64,000 bases of DNA from Tubiluchus corallicola (Eukaryota; Animalia; Priapulida): positions 62,001-126,000 of the forward strand of contig JAQGDQ010000284.1 in the NCBI GenBank assembly GCA_030141605.1, written 5' to 3'. Under the pieces are notes generated by a model. The model was not told the origin of the DNA. It saw only the letters and a list, made by a program, of their open reading frames with translations, and searched no databases. Positions 48,941 to 61,941 of this stretch are shown piece by piece. Within the stretch, counting starts at the first letter, position 1; the number at the start of each line of letters is the position of its first letter. The translations under genes were made by a program, and so were the position numbers.

Positions 48941-49053
48941 TCAGATTGGTTCGTGCTGAATTGTATAGAAAATGCTTATTAATGCTGTTTGAATGCTTCC
49001 TATGACAATCCTTTGTGAGTTTATCAATTTAACTTTTTGAATTTCATATCTAG

Positions 49054-49267
49054 CTCAACGTTTCTGCACGCACATGGTACTGTCCAGACCGCAGTGCCGC
49101 CTGGGACCGTGTCAGGAACAAATACGGAAGATCGTCGGAAGAAGTTAACACTGTTCTGTACGGATCACCAGACTTGGTACCAAATCTGTCTGCTTTCTTG
49201 CCGTGCTCAGTAGGTGGCGTTGCTGCATTGACGCCAGACGAAGGCTGGTCCGCTATCCAGATACCGG
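49054..49267 (+). CDS. INO80: INO80 exon (end of the insertion domain); last exon recognised
   Basis: tctag|LNVSARTWYCPDRSAAW...LYGSPDL...GGVAALTPDEGWSAIQIP|gtaagt; compare vertebrate YCNDRSA...GWSFIRIP. Confidence 0.92.
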
Positions 49268-50486
49268 GTAAGTCTTACAACTTTGTTGTTGGTTTGTTCC
49301 TGTTCTTGTGGTGTTTTTGAGTGCCTATATTATTGAGTCAACAAGAAAATGTGGTGTTCCATTAAACAATGTTGAAGAGTATATGTAGTTTTTTTTTTCA
49401 TAATTTTTGTTTATTTGTATATACGAAATGATGGCAGTAGCAACAATAAGAGCAGCAGCAGCAGTAGCAGTGGTAGCAGTAGTAGCAGTAGCAGACTTTG
49501 ACTGCAAAGGCATATTTTTCACATGGCAAAGATTGCCCATATTGTAAATTTCTTGTCATGAAATACGCCAAATTTTCGCTTTGGAAGTAGTCCTGACAAA
49601 CCACTGGCATAGCAGTGTCTAGTTTTTCGCTGGACTGCTGTGTTTACCTGTCTTAATGGCAGCTTTAATATTTTTAAAATTCTGGCTGTCAAATAATAGA
49701 CGTAGTGTGTGCAATTGATGATAATGTCAACGTGTTAAAAAAGTCTCTGAACCAAGTTAAAAAAAAAATAAGAAAGCGCCAAAGAATTTTCGATGCGATG
49801 TGTGCTTGCATAGCAAAATCATACATTAATTGGCAATTAAGTTTTTCTAGTTATTCACATATCCTGATTCTCCATTTCATGAGGATCATTTTGATACCAA
49901 ATTCATCACTCTATGTTATTTCTAAGCTGAGATAATCCACGTTGAAGTTGAGGTGCAGGCTGCACGCTGAAAAACATAATCTTAAGAAAATCATTGTTAA
50001 AGTCAGCCATTGTTTTTTGTCGCGTTTCTGCAAAGTACTTAGCAGCCATACGAAAGTGGTGGTTGCTATGGAACTTTGCAAGAGCACATTGATGTTATGT
50101 TTAAATCCATTAGATGGCTTTCTAACGAAGATCTAGGCTTGTAACCCAAAGCAAAATGACAGCTTCTAGGAGCTACTATCCAAATTTGAAAATAATAATA
50201 ATATTATGAGTTATTTATAATTGCAGTATTTGTTTTTAGGCAGAGAAGTGGGTAAGGGGGTTGTAAAATTAGATTTTTAGTATTTTTTAACATTTCGCGA
50301 TAATTGGATGCTAAAATATAAAACCCAATATATTTAGCATTTGTTTTCTATAAAAAATTGACATTTGACTAAATTTTTCGTGCATTCTACTTTGAAGCAT
50401 CATAAGATAGATATAACTATGCCGACTTATCGACGGTTTTGTTTGCAAGCACACATTTGTGAATTCGTGTCAATTATACTGTTTGG

Positions 50487-50503
50487 TGCTGCCATCTAGC
50501 GGC
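50487..50503 (-). promoter_or_regulatory. CTCF-like core motif
   Basis: Minus strand GCCGCTAGATGGCAGCA fits the CTCF core CCNSYAGRKGGCR. Motif match only. Confidence 0.35.
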
Positions 50504-51099
50504 AGATAAAGCAAAGTAACGTGCATGATCGCACGAGAAGTTCTTTCACCTTCTCCGCTGAACTTTTTGAAGTTCTGTGTGTGTTTGTGTGTTTAGAAAA
50601 CCACCATTTAGCGCTTAATGAATGGGCTTATCAAACGAAATTCATCTCGTAATAAAGTCTATTCAACCCTACGTGTGCACACCTACTGGCACGAATGTTT
50701 CCCCCATTCACGTAATTAAACGCGCCGCTATTATCAAACGGCAATTTTGGGTAATAATTTTAAACCAATTTGCCGAGTAAGGATCGCTGAACTGCCATAC
50801 CACCCGAATGTATAGCGTCGAGCCATTCATACATTTTACTGCCCGTCTAATAGTTGTAATTTGGAAGATTTGCTTGAGATTTCATTATTGAAGTGCATTA
50901 TGGGAAGGCGTCTGTGAGCATGCATTTGTAATGGGGTTGAGATTATGAGATATTAAATTCTTGTATGTCATTGCACATCTGAAATGAAATGACATGTGAA
51001 ATGGGGTCACTGTTACTCTGTTATCCTACGAACTTGCTCATAAATCAAGTCTTTAGGACCTTGTCGTGCCGAAGGGGGTGCCCAAGGAAGAAAGATTTA

Positions 51100-51500
51100 A
51101 AGGACGAGAAAAGGGGTACCTGAAGTAGGTTTCAGAAAAATCTCCTTAAAAAATTATATTACTTTATAGCAATTTTATGCGTTTATCTTACTCGCACTGA
51201 AAGGAATTTTAGTTTGTCTTCATTTTAAATCTCCTGCAATACTGTTCCGTAGTCGCCATTACATGACGTCATGCACCAAACGTAAATCAAGGGAAGAAAA
51301 GGCATGGTTAAATTATGTCTCAAAAGACTTTCCGTGCAAATCTATGTTACTTAGATTTTCGCTTACCTACTAGAAAGACTTATGTAACTAGAAAAGAAAA
51401 TTATTAATTATTAAAATGTTTTCACCAATTTCTAAAATGTCGCTGACTCACCCTCCAGGGTGCACCACTCACTAACCAAAAAAAAACGTATTTTTAATCT
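51100..51500. repeat. Dispersed repeat; second copy at ~61025-61355
   Basis: Shared GAAAAGGGGTACCT..TTTCAGAAAAATC, GCCATTACATGACGTCA and AAAATGTCGCTGACTCACC.TCCAGGGTG. Confidence 0.7.
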
Positions 51501-51599
51501 TATTGACAAGATGCAGTAATTTTAAATTTTATTTAGTTAGTGACTTGTGCGCTACGAATGCTCTGATTATTTTTCAAACTTTACAAAATGTTATCTAAA

Positions 51600-51940
51600 C
51601 TTGTTTCAAATGACCTGTCGTGAAAATATTTAAGACTGATGCATTTCATATCAAATAGAAACTACTGGAAGCGTTTAGTACGTAATATAAAGTCATGTAT
51701 ACATTGGAATATTTTACAGTTAGCAACATAGTTAAAATTCATCTTTTCCAAACAATAACAACTTCAACAGATCATTGGTTCCTAAGGCAGCTATATTAAG
51801 GTTTTCGGGCAGAAGTATTTCATTTAATTTATCATACATAACAACCCTAGTTTGTTGATACAATGGGCTTTGCAACAAAAAGTGTTCAACAGACTCAAAT
51901 CGAAATCCACAGTTACAATTCGGCAATATTCGTATATTTT
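51600..51940 (-). mobile_element. Non-LTR retrotransposon 3' fragment (C-terminal zinc knuckle)
   Basis: PNCNCGFRFESVEHFLLQSPLY, a CxC..E..H..(C)P.Y motif. Confidence 0.6.
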
Positions 51941-54259
51941 TATACCCTGGACACTTATATAATGAGTCTATGCGTTTTTTTGATATTCTCCATTTATTGA
52001 TGAATTCTACATTATAGTATAACCTATGATATACAGTATAACCCTAGATTAAAGGGCAAGTAATCTTCCCAGCAACATCTTGCAAGTGATAAACTAAGCG
52101 TTATTTCCTATTGAGTAATCTTAGTATTTCGTTTGTAAGGCGAGTTGTTCTAGAGTTAGAAGACCTGATCAATTAAACTTATTACAGGTTAAACAAATCA
52201 AGTCCCTATCAGCATTTAAACGAAATTAAAATCACTAATATTAACCACATATGAAATACCATCACACCAGTACGACAACATACACACTAATTCAGAATTC
52301 ATATATCCACGGCCACATTAATTAAATCATAGTTTTTCATTTTTTTGTGCTTAGTTGTAAATATGTTTGATTTTATTCGTCGTTACTTTCCATTACTGCA
52401 CAGTAGTTTAGATTGCACTGACGCATTTGCCTTTAGCAGTGTAAGTTTTTATTAAGTAACACTGATTGATCATCTCTGTAAAGTTTTTATCAGTGATTAT
52501 CAATGTATTTTAATGGCGAATATATATATAGGAGCAAACACACTGCAAAAATACACCGAGGAAGGACCGGAATCAATTCATTATCCACAGAATCCCCTAA
52601 TATGAGATACGGAACTGGCAAAAGTGCCACAGTTATAGTCACACATACATAAATCCTCCCTTAATGATAAATAACTGGACGTAGTGCCATAGCAGATAAA
52701 CCTACCACTCTTCACAACCAACCATCCATATGCTGACCAGACTTGCTGTTATTTTCTGTCAGCAATTCCCCTCTGATAAATGGCCTAAAGATAAATCCTT
52801 GAGGAAAACTGCAATACGGCTAAGTAGTGTTTCTTGCCTACAAAGTTTTTATCAGTGATTATCAATGTATTTTAATGGCAAATAAAGATTATTATATATA
52901 TATAAATAAATACATACATATATATATATATATAAACAGCTTCCAGTAATGAACCAAATCTCTGAGATGTGGGCGTTCAGAACTAATTGTGCTTAAAACA
53001 ATGCTCCATCAGCTCACTGTAATAGCTGTTATGTGAACCCATTAAATTCAGGCTGAGTTTTGGGTTAAATTTCAGCAAGAGTTTCAATTGGAAATGGGAC
53101 CACGTGCGGCAGCTATTGTATAACGCTCGTTTGGTTCGCGAGTTTGTAATGTTCTTGTTTGTATGTTTGTCTGTTCGCCGCGTGGGTTAAATCAACTGTA
53201 ATTGTTTCCTTTGTGCGTCCCGTAACGAGGGGGATATCATAGGGGTTTGTGTTCCAAATTGTGCTTTTATGGGCAGAAGATGTAAATTAGGAAGATGTAA
53301 GGCTGTCAGGGTTGCCGTGCTCACCCCCGCTGGTGTTCTTCCTGGGTGGGGGGAGGGGAGGATGGTTCATTTCCTGTTGTGGTCAGTAATATTGTCTGGA
53401 AACAATAAGGACGCATTGTTTGTTTGCAAGCTGCGTTCATGTATTGTAAATATAGAGCGTCCCTCAGAGCCATTGCAATTTTATTAACTGTCAAAGGGTT
53501 ATAAATGGGAGCGGGCATTTGTCTGCCGGGTTCCACTGGGAGCTCGAAATTACTCTTGTCCGGCTGGCACGTTGTTATACGTGTAGGCACTTTGCAAATT
53601 AAATAGTACCGGTCCTGCCATGACTGCTTGTGACAATTGAACACTGCTGTTGATTATTTTATAAGTCTTTTATTTTCACACAAATACAAGTTATAGTACA
53701 GTATGTACAAGTGCTGCCCTCTATTTGTAGGGCAAAAATTGCCGTTGAGTTCTGGATCCTTCAGTTTGCAGTGAGCCGAAATGAACTGCTTTAAAAGCTC
53801 ACGTTATTAAGTGTGTACGTTTTTCGGTGCTAGCAGACCACAAATAGTTTTTTTCCGAAGGTACCTTGTGCGCTAACACACAACAAACAGTTGATTCAAC
53901 GTATAAAGGCGTTTTTAAGGTCGCCTGCCAAAATGCTTACTGAACATCTGATCTATTGTTTCTTCTTCTGTTATTTCGGCATCGCCATCTTTACCAGGCC
54001 ATTTCAGTGCGTTTCTTACATAGCATGGTCTGTTGTGTAGGTATTTGTTCAAAATAAAGCATGCTCTAAAACATTGAACACTACAACAACTTTTTTAAAT
54101 TAAAGCTTAGATTAAATAATAATGACATCCGAGTGTTAATTTGCTCAAATTTTCAAAACTCTTCGATACGCAAAAAATAAGTTTAAGCAAATCTTTTGAA
54201 AGTTTCTAAAGATGGCGCGTCTTCATGTAAGTTTGTAGAGTATTCCAAAGAGTACATTT

Positions 54260-54539
54260 GCCGACAAATCGGCGCTGTACCGTGATAAGCATGATCGTGA
54301 ATTGCATTATTCGTCTGTGACGTAGTCGTGACATCACGTCAGCGCTTTATGGATGCCTACTATTGCATAAAATGTGGTTAGTTTGTGACGTAAGCGATAT
54401 CAGTTCTAGGTTGCAGTTAATTATTCCCAAGGTAATTATTCAAATATTAGAACTAATTGCTTATAGGCAAGAAAATGTATATTTTGGACAGTAAATTGAA
54501 GTGAGATTGAGGCTGATTAACCGCTGAGTTTTCCTTTAA
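54260..54539. mobile_element. Kolobok-type MITE (subfamily A), right part
   Basis: CTGTACCGTGATAAGCATGATC shared with ~39830; ends GTTTTCCT|TTAA. Confidence 0.65.
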
Positions 54540-54649
54540 ACGTCCACAATTAAATGTGGCTGTACGAAGACTCTCTTGTGTGCGTTTTCATCTGCAACTA
54601 AGTGCCGATGTAAATTCCCAGCCTCCAGAATAGAATACAGCAGTCACGA

Positions 54650-55370
54650 AGAAACTTGCTATTGAAACTGATAAGTCAAAGAACTTGTATGGTGGACGAT
54701 CCATTTATGTTTGTTTGGAATTTATGTAAAACTAACAATACCAAAGGATACAAGTACCTCCAAAAAATTCTTTCTACTGATATCAAAGACGATGTTCCGG
54801 CAAAAATTTGTAACAAAACGGGAACAAAATTTTTGACATTTTTAGAACTCAACCCATGTTTAGAACCTCATAAAGTCTATAATGATATCGAATGTGAAAT
54901 CCCGGACTACCAAAGAGTTGAATTTACCAGACTTAGGACGTCATCGCCTAATCTCATGGTAGAAACCGGACGTTGGTCCAGAATACCGAGAGAAGACAGA
55001 TTATGTACATGTGGGGAAGAAGTTCAAACAGAAGCCCACGTCTTATTGAGATGTCCGGTGACAGAAGATTTACGAATTGAACATTCTGAGTTGCACTTTT
55101 CTAGAATTTGTAACCTTATGCACTCCCCAAATTTAACGTCGTTAATGAAATATTGTGGGAGATGTGTTAAGACGTATGAGTGAAGAACTATTGTGTGAAG
55201 AACCCCTACATTAAAACGTAATATTTTTGTTGATTCGGTAAAAAAATTTGCCCTCTGTATATGATTTTTTGTTTTGTAGTTAAATTTTAATCTCGTTAAT
55301 TATATAGTTATCGTTGCCTACTTATGTTATGTGAAATCATTAAGGTGAATAAACTAATTCTAATTCTAAA
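54650..55370 (+). mobile_element. RTEX-like LINE 3' fragment
   Basis: FTRLRTSSPNLMVETGRWSRIPREDRLCTCGEEVQTEAHVLLRCP, then a 3'UTR, AATAAA and a (CTAATT)n tail. Confidence 0.75.
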
Positions 55371-55514
55371 CTGGGGCCTGGTTTCACAAAGCTGTGGCCA
55401 AGTTAGCAACGTCGTTATTACATTTGCTTAAAAAAGGCCAGGCCTTCTTGGAAGTTAAAATCATTCCAATGTTCGCGAAGAATGTTGAATAAATTTCGCA
55501 ATAAAAGTGTTAAT

Positions 55515-56270
55515 CATGTAATTAGTAAACTAATTTTAAAGTCGCGATCATTTCACGGTCGAGCGCTCCCATTTTGAATGCCCATTCTTCTTCCAATGAC
55601 GTCATTTGCCATGAAGAAAAGTAGCGCACTGTCAATTTCCATCAAAAGTACATTAAGTTTTCGCAAAAAATTAGATGGCTAATTTTGTGATATTTCTGCA
55701 CGAGCATTAGGTATGCTGCAGAAGTTTGGATTAGGTTCAGCAGCGCGCTTACGAAAAACCACGATACGTTTACGAAAAGTCACGAATTTCATCAGTTACA
55801 TCATCATTTTCAAGTGAAAGGCGACTAACATTGATCCAGGTGATTTATATACAGAGGTAGTACAAATTAGCTTATACTTTACAGACAGTTTAGTAAGAAA
55901 ACTGCAATAAGCACCTTGTGTAATTAGTAAAATTACTTTAAAGTCGGGCTTATTTCAAGGTTGGGTGCTCCCGTGTTTAATGCCAATTCTTCTTCCAATG
56001 ACGTCATTCGCCATGAAGAAAAGTAGCGCATTGTTAATGTTCATCAAAGGTATAATAAGTTTTTATGAAAAAATTAGATAGCTAATTTTGTAGTATTTTT
56101 GCGCGGTATTTTTGGGTAAGTTGCAGAAGTTTGAATTAGTTTAAGCAGCACGTGTTCATGGAAAGCTACGACGCGCTTACGAAACGTAACGAAGTCTCCC
56201 AGTTACGTCATGATCTTCAAAGTAAATGCCGGCAGCTGCCACGCCTGAAAATTTCTACTCAGAGGTAGTT
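55515..56270. repeat. ~400-bp diverged direct duplication
   Basis: TTCTTCTTCCAATGACGTCATT.GCCATGAAGAAAAGTAGCGCA at ~55585 and ~55987. Confidence 0.75.
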
Positions 56271-56330
56271 TATTTTGAATTTATGTTTTATATGCAGTTC
56301 TTTGCAAAACTCTTTGTTATCTTTTTCTAA

Positions 56331-57010
56331 GTTTAAGTGAAACCCAACACACTGAGTGATTTGTTCTTTTCTTTAGCACACCACAAACAGTTTAAGTGAT
56401 AATACTAAAATAAACACAGCATACTGAGTGACTTCTTTCCTTTAGCACACCACAAACAGTTTAAGTGATAACAGTAAAATAAACCCGACATACTGAGTGA
56501 CATGTTCTTTCCTTTAGCACACCACAAACAGTTTAAGTGATAACAGTAAAATAAACCCAGCACACTGAGTGACTTGTTCTTTTCTTTAGCACACCACAAA
56601 CAGTTGAAGTGATAACAGTAAAATAAACCCAACACACTGAGTGAGTTGTTCTTTTCTTTAGCACACCACAAACAGTTTAAGTGATAATAGTAAAATAAAC
56701 CCAACACACTGAGTGAGTTGTTCTTTTCTTTAGCACACCACAAACAGTTTAAGTGATAACACTAAAATAAACACAGCATACTAAGTGACTTCTTTCCTTT
56801 AGCACACCACAAACAGTTTAAGTGATAACAGTAAAATAAACCCGACATACTGAGTGACATGTTCTTTCCTTTAGCACACCACAAACAGTTTAAGTGATAA
56901 CAGTAAAATAAACCCGACATACTAAGTGACTCGTTCTTTCCTTTAGCACACCACAAACAGTTTAAGTGATAACAGTAAAATAAACCCAACATACTGAGTG
57001 ACTCGTTCTT
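56331..57010. repeat. 69-72-bp tandem repeat, ~9 copies
   Basis: TTTAGCACACCACAAACAGTTTAAGTGATAACAGTAAAATAAACCC... Confidence 0.92.
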
Positions 57011-57424
57011 TCGTTTAAGACCAACAAAAGAGATACCTAAGCCTAGAAAAATATCCTTCCCCACGTTGCAATGCACTATTATGAATTTTTTTATGTTATT
57101 TATAGCCAGTCAGCGAAGACAAGAAAAAAATGTTTACGCTGAAGAATTGCTGATTAAACAATTTTCAGTCCTGGAATCTTCCCAACTCGACATTATCATC
57201 GTCGTTTTATGATGAATGGGTGTTTCTTATAATTCTGACAATATGGCTAATTTATTAAGGATAGAAAAGTGTAAACTAGTTCAACAAAATCCCGCGTAAT
57301 TTTAGTTTAGTTAGTTCTAAAATCAAAAATAAATTCTTGTTCACCTAGAACAGCTACCTTTCATACCTTGAATACCTGCGTACACGTCATTTCATAGTTC
57401 TGGGTTGTTTCTTTGTCTACCAAC

Positions 57425-58637
57425 TTTGCAGGATACGCTAACACACCACAAACATGTACATTTACCTTACTTTGCAGGATGCGCTGACACACCACAAACA
57501 ATTACATTTACATTTTAGTGTGTTTATATAAGGACAATGTTCGTAATACATTTGAGCTTTTTAAATGTTCTGAGCTGGATTGTTAGTGGACACACCACAA
57601 ACATGTACATTTACCTTACTTTGCAGGATGCGCTAACACACCACAAACAATTACATTTACATTTTAGTGTGTTTATATAAGGACAATGTTCGTAATACAT
57701 TTGAGCTTTTTAAATGTTCTGAGCTGGATTGTTAGTGGACACACCACAAACATGTACATTTACCTTACTTTGCAGGATGCGCTAACACACCACAAACAAT
57801 TACATTTACATTTTAGTGTGTTTATATAAGGACAATGTTCGTAATACATTTGAGCTTTTTAAATGTTCTGAGCTGGATTGTTAGTGGACACACCACAAAC
57901 ATGTACATTTACCTTACTTTGCAGGATGCGCTAACACACCACAAACAATTACATTTACATTTTAGTGTGTTTATATAAGGACAATGTTCGTAATACATTT
58001 GAGCTTTTTAAATGTTCTGAGCTGGATTGTTAGTGGGCACACCACAAACATGTACATTTACCTTACTTTGCAGGATGCGCTAACACACCACAAACAATTA
58101 CATTTACATTTTAGTGTGTTTATATAAGGACAATGTTCGTAATACATTTGAGCTTTTTAAATGTTCTGAGCTGGATTGTTAGTGGACACACCACAAACAT
58201 GTACATTTACCTTACTTTGCAGGATGCGCTAACACACCACAAACAATTACATTTACATTTTAGTGTGTTTATATAAGGACAATGTTCGTAATACATTTGA
58301 GCTTTTTAAATGTTCTGAGCTGGATTGTTAGTGGGCACACCACAAACATGTACATTTACCTTACTTTGCAGGATGCGCTAACACACCACAAACAATTACA
58401 TTTACATTTTAGTGTGTTTATATAAGGACAATGTTCGTAATACATTTGAGCTTTTTAAATGTTCTGAGCTGGATTGTTAGTGGACACACCACAAACATGT
58501 ACATTTACCTTACTTTGCAGGATGCGCTAACACACCACAAACAATTACATTTACATTTTAGTGTGTTTATATAAGGACAATGTTCGTAATACATTTGAGC
58601 TTTTTAAATGTTCTGAGCTGGATTGTTAGTGGACACA
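57425..58637. repeat. 149-bp tandem repeat, ~8 almost identical copies
   Basis: Period 149 (57591, 57740, 57889...); two CACACCACAAACA cores per unit. Confidence 0.95.
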
Positions 58638-58699
58638 AGGAATAGAAATAAATTGTTCAGAGCCTCAGACCACAAAAAGACAGGACAAAAATAAACAGC

Positions 58700-59455
58700 A
58701 TTATCACTTTTTTTGTTTTTGTTGTTGGCTTCGATCACTTTTTTATTTTTTGTTGTTTCTAATGGCTTTTTTATTTTTTGTTGTATTTGATCACATTTTT
58801 ATTTTTTGTTGGTTTTTATTTTTGTTGTTTTCGATCACTTTTTTTATTTTCTGTTGTTTTGATCACTTTTTTTATTTTTTGTTGTTTTTATTTTTTGTTG
58901 TTTTCATTTTTGTTGTTGTCTTTGGTCACTTTTTTATTTTTGTTGTTGTCTTTGATCACTTTTTTATTTTTTGTTGGCTTTGATCACTTTTTTATTTTTT
59001 GTTGTTTTGATCACTTTTTTATTTTTTGTTGTTTTGATCACTTTTTTATTTTTTTGTTTTTATTTTTTGTTGTCTTTGATCACTTTTTTATTTTTTGTTG
59101 TTTGCGATCACTTTTTTATTTTTGTTGTTGTGTTTATTACTTTTTCATTTTTGCTGTTGTCTTTGGTCTCTCCTTTATTTTTCTTGTTGATTTTGATCAC
59201 TTTTTTATTTTTTGTTGTTCTTGATCACTCTTTTATTTTTGTTGTTGTCTTTGATCAGTTTTTTAATTTTTGTTGTTGTCTTTGGTCACTTTTTTATTTT
59301 TTGTTCTTTTTTAAATTACTTTTTGTTGTTGTCTTTGATCACTTTTTTGTTTTTTGTTGTTTTTAAAATCACTTTTTTGTTGTTGTGTTTGATCACTTTT
59401 CTATGTTTGTTGTTGTCTTTGATCATTTTTATTTTTGTTGTTACCTTTGATCACT
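58700..59455. repeat. T-rich degenerate minisatellite (TTTGATCACTTTTTTATTTTTGTTGTTG)
   Basis: Direct reading. Confidence 0.88.
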
Positions 59456-59597
59456 AGGATTCGATCCACCACCAAACTCTGCAATAAAATTGTTTGAATT
59501 TTATGAATGTACCATAACTTTTGGATCATATAAATTATCGATAACTGTAATTTCGTGATAAATCTTTTCGTGATGTGAAATTATAATTATTTTTTAA

Positions 59598-60168
59598 TTA
59601 AAGGAAGACCGTACGATTGTTTAGACTCAATCTCATTTTGACTTACTGTGCAAAATATACGTCTTCTTGTCTATAAAAGTTAACAATTGTTATATTTGAA
59701 ATATATATTCTTATATTTGAATAATTAGCTCAGAAAGTTAATTAACAGCAACTGAACACAGCTATTGCTTACGTCAGAAACTAACCACAGTTTGTGCAAT
59801 GGCAGGCGTCTTCACTTGCTCGTCAAGCACGTTTGCGTAAGTGTTACAGTACTGCTTAAACGCGTGATGTCACGAAAAATGGGCTCTACATCATATGACA
59901 TCAGAAACTAACACTGGAGTGTATGGTCATGCTTATCACGGTACCGCCTTCTAGTTCTCGGCCACGCGAAAGTGACAAAAAAGCGCTGCTGCCAATCTTA
60001 GATTAACTGTGCCGCGCGTAGCTTTGAAAGTTTAACAAAATTTAACTATCTGAAGTAATTATTATTTAATCTAAGCTTTGATTCTAAAAAAGCTATTGTA
60101 GTTTTCAATATTTTAGAGCATTCTTTATTCTGAACTAATGTTTACACAATCATCCGGTTTTCCTTTAA
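59598..60168. mobile_element. Kolobok-type MITE (subfamily A), complete, inverted relative to the 39378 copy
   Basis: TTAA|AGGAAGACCGTACGATTG ... CAATCATCCGGTTTTCCT|TTAA; carries ATGCTTATCACGGTAC, the reverse complement of the family core. Confidence 0.8.
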
Positions 60169-60309
60169 TAATCACAGGCTTGAGAAAACAAGCCAACATG
60201 ACAGAAATTCCCAACGAAAAAGTGTTTGCGCTCATTTCAACTTTTTTTATTTACATTTATTTACACTGCACATTCATTATTTGGGCTGATGTTACTAAAT
60301 GTCGGAATG

Positions 60310-60900
60310 TTAAAGGAAAACTGAACCCTGTCTGAAGCTGTAGTTCAAAACAATCTATCTAATAAAATAGTAAAAGGAAACATACCATTTTTTCGAGATT
60401 GTTTTACGGGAAATGATGAAAGTATTATTACCACACAAATACAATATCGCGTTCACGCCACTAATTCTTCGCTGTTACATTCACTTCGCCATTTGCTAGT
60501 TAGATGGGCACTAGCGCCGGCATTTCGGAAATGCATTGCGCAAAAAACAGGTGCTGTACCTCTCTTTTGAGAGTTGTATATTTGTGACGTGGTGCACACT
60601 TTCGAGAGCTCGTGCATGAGCACAGCCGTAAACTTGAAATTTGATTTGTAAACTTAAAATTTGCGGAATTTTTATATATCACACTAAATGTTTTACTGTA
60701 GCACTGTATTTCAATTTTTGCTTTTGCAAAACCGTTTGTGATGTTGAAAATTATGTTAATTTGTGATGTCTTCACTAACTGTGTTCGCTGGCCATTAATT
60801 CAGTTTTTAACCTGTTATTTAATTAACAGCAACGGTTTGGTATTATTATATTGTTAAAATGCATATTTTTTACTTACGTACTACAAAATGCGGTATGATA
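60310..60900. mobile_element. Kolobok-type MITE (subfamily B), left end and body
   Basis: TTAA|AGGAAAACTGAACCC; body contains ACAGGTGCTGTACCTCTC. Right TIR not found. Confidence 0.6.
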
Positions 60901-61389
60901 TAACTCGTTAAGTTATAGTTTTAGGCCTGCGAGACCATTAGTCCTCTCCTGAACAATATTTCCTAATGAAAGGGCTTCGATCCTCTCAAGCATTCAAGCA
61001 CTCAAGCATTTGTTTAAAGCACAAGAAAAGGGGTACCTAAAGTAGCTTTCAGAAAAATCGACTTTATAACAATTTTCATTTTAAATCTCCCGCAATACTG
61101 TTCCAACGGGCGCCATTACATGACGTCACTTACGCACAACGTAAAACAGGAGAATCAAAGGAAATGTTGAACTATGTCCCAAAAAACTTTCCATGCAAAA
61201 TTATATTACCTAGCCTTTCGCTTACTTGCTTGAGAGACTTGTGCAACTGGAAAAGAAAATTATTAATTATTTAAAATGTTTTCCCAAATGATAAAATGTC
61301 GCTGACTCACCGTCCAGGGTGTGCCACTCACTAGCCAAAAAACGTATTTTTAAACTGATTGAATGGATACAGCGTAAGTTCTTCTACTC

Positions 61390-61895
61390 CTAAACATATA
61401 TTAAGTTGAAGTTGTTGAACATCTTTATTTATCTTAGCTATTCTAGCTGTTTTAGGTTTACTAGTTGTTTTTTGCAAGGTTTTAAGGCGATTCTTACTGG
61501 TGCTTCATTTGGTAATCTTGGAAGTTGTCTAGCCATCTTAATCTTCGGATCTTGACTTTTGAACTCCAATAATTTTCTTTTGTTCTGGTGTATGAATCTT
61601 CCTAACTATGTATGGCCATCGTATTTTTAAAACTTTTCTTAGAAGGCTTTTGCGAAATGTGTCAATCTGCTATTCTTGAGTAATCGTTAAACCCCAAGTT
61701 TCGCTGTTGTACATAAATATGCTGATAACGTAAGCATTAAATAATCGAAGTCTTACGTTAAGACTTAATTTCTTGCTAGTTAATACAATCTTGTGCTGAA
61801 GAAAAGCATAATGATTGATTGTTTCTTTGTTTGTCTTATTGCTTGTTTCTTTCTACTTTTAATGTCATCTTCGGTACTCAGAAAAGTGCCCATGA
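61390..61895 (-). mobile_element. Degenerate RTE-group LINE fragment (post-RT region)
   Basis: Minus strand GTFLSTEDDIKSRKKQA...LSLNVRLRLFNAYVISIFMYNSETWGLT...LKIRWP, with stops. Confidence 0.7.
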
Positions 61896-61941
61896 TCGTC
61901 ACCATAAGTTCTCCATTTCTCATAGTAAAATCATGTAAAAT

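Noticed and set aside
58750-59457. Multi-pass membrane proteins (Phe-rich ORFs)
   Set aside because: T-rich minisatellite read in all frames.
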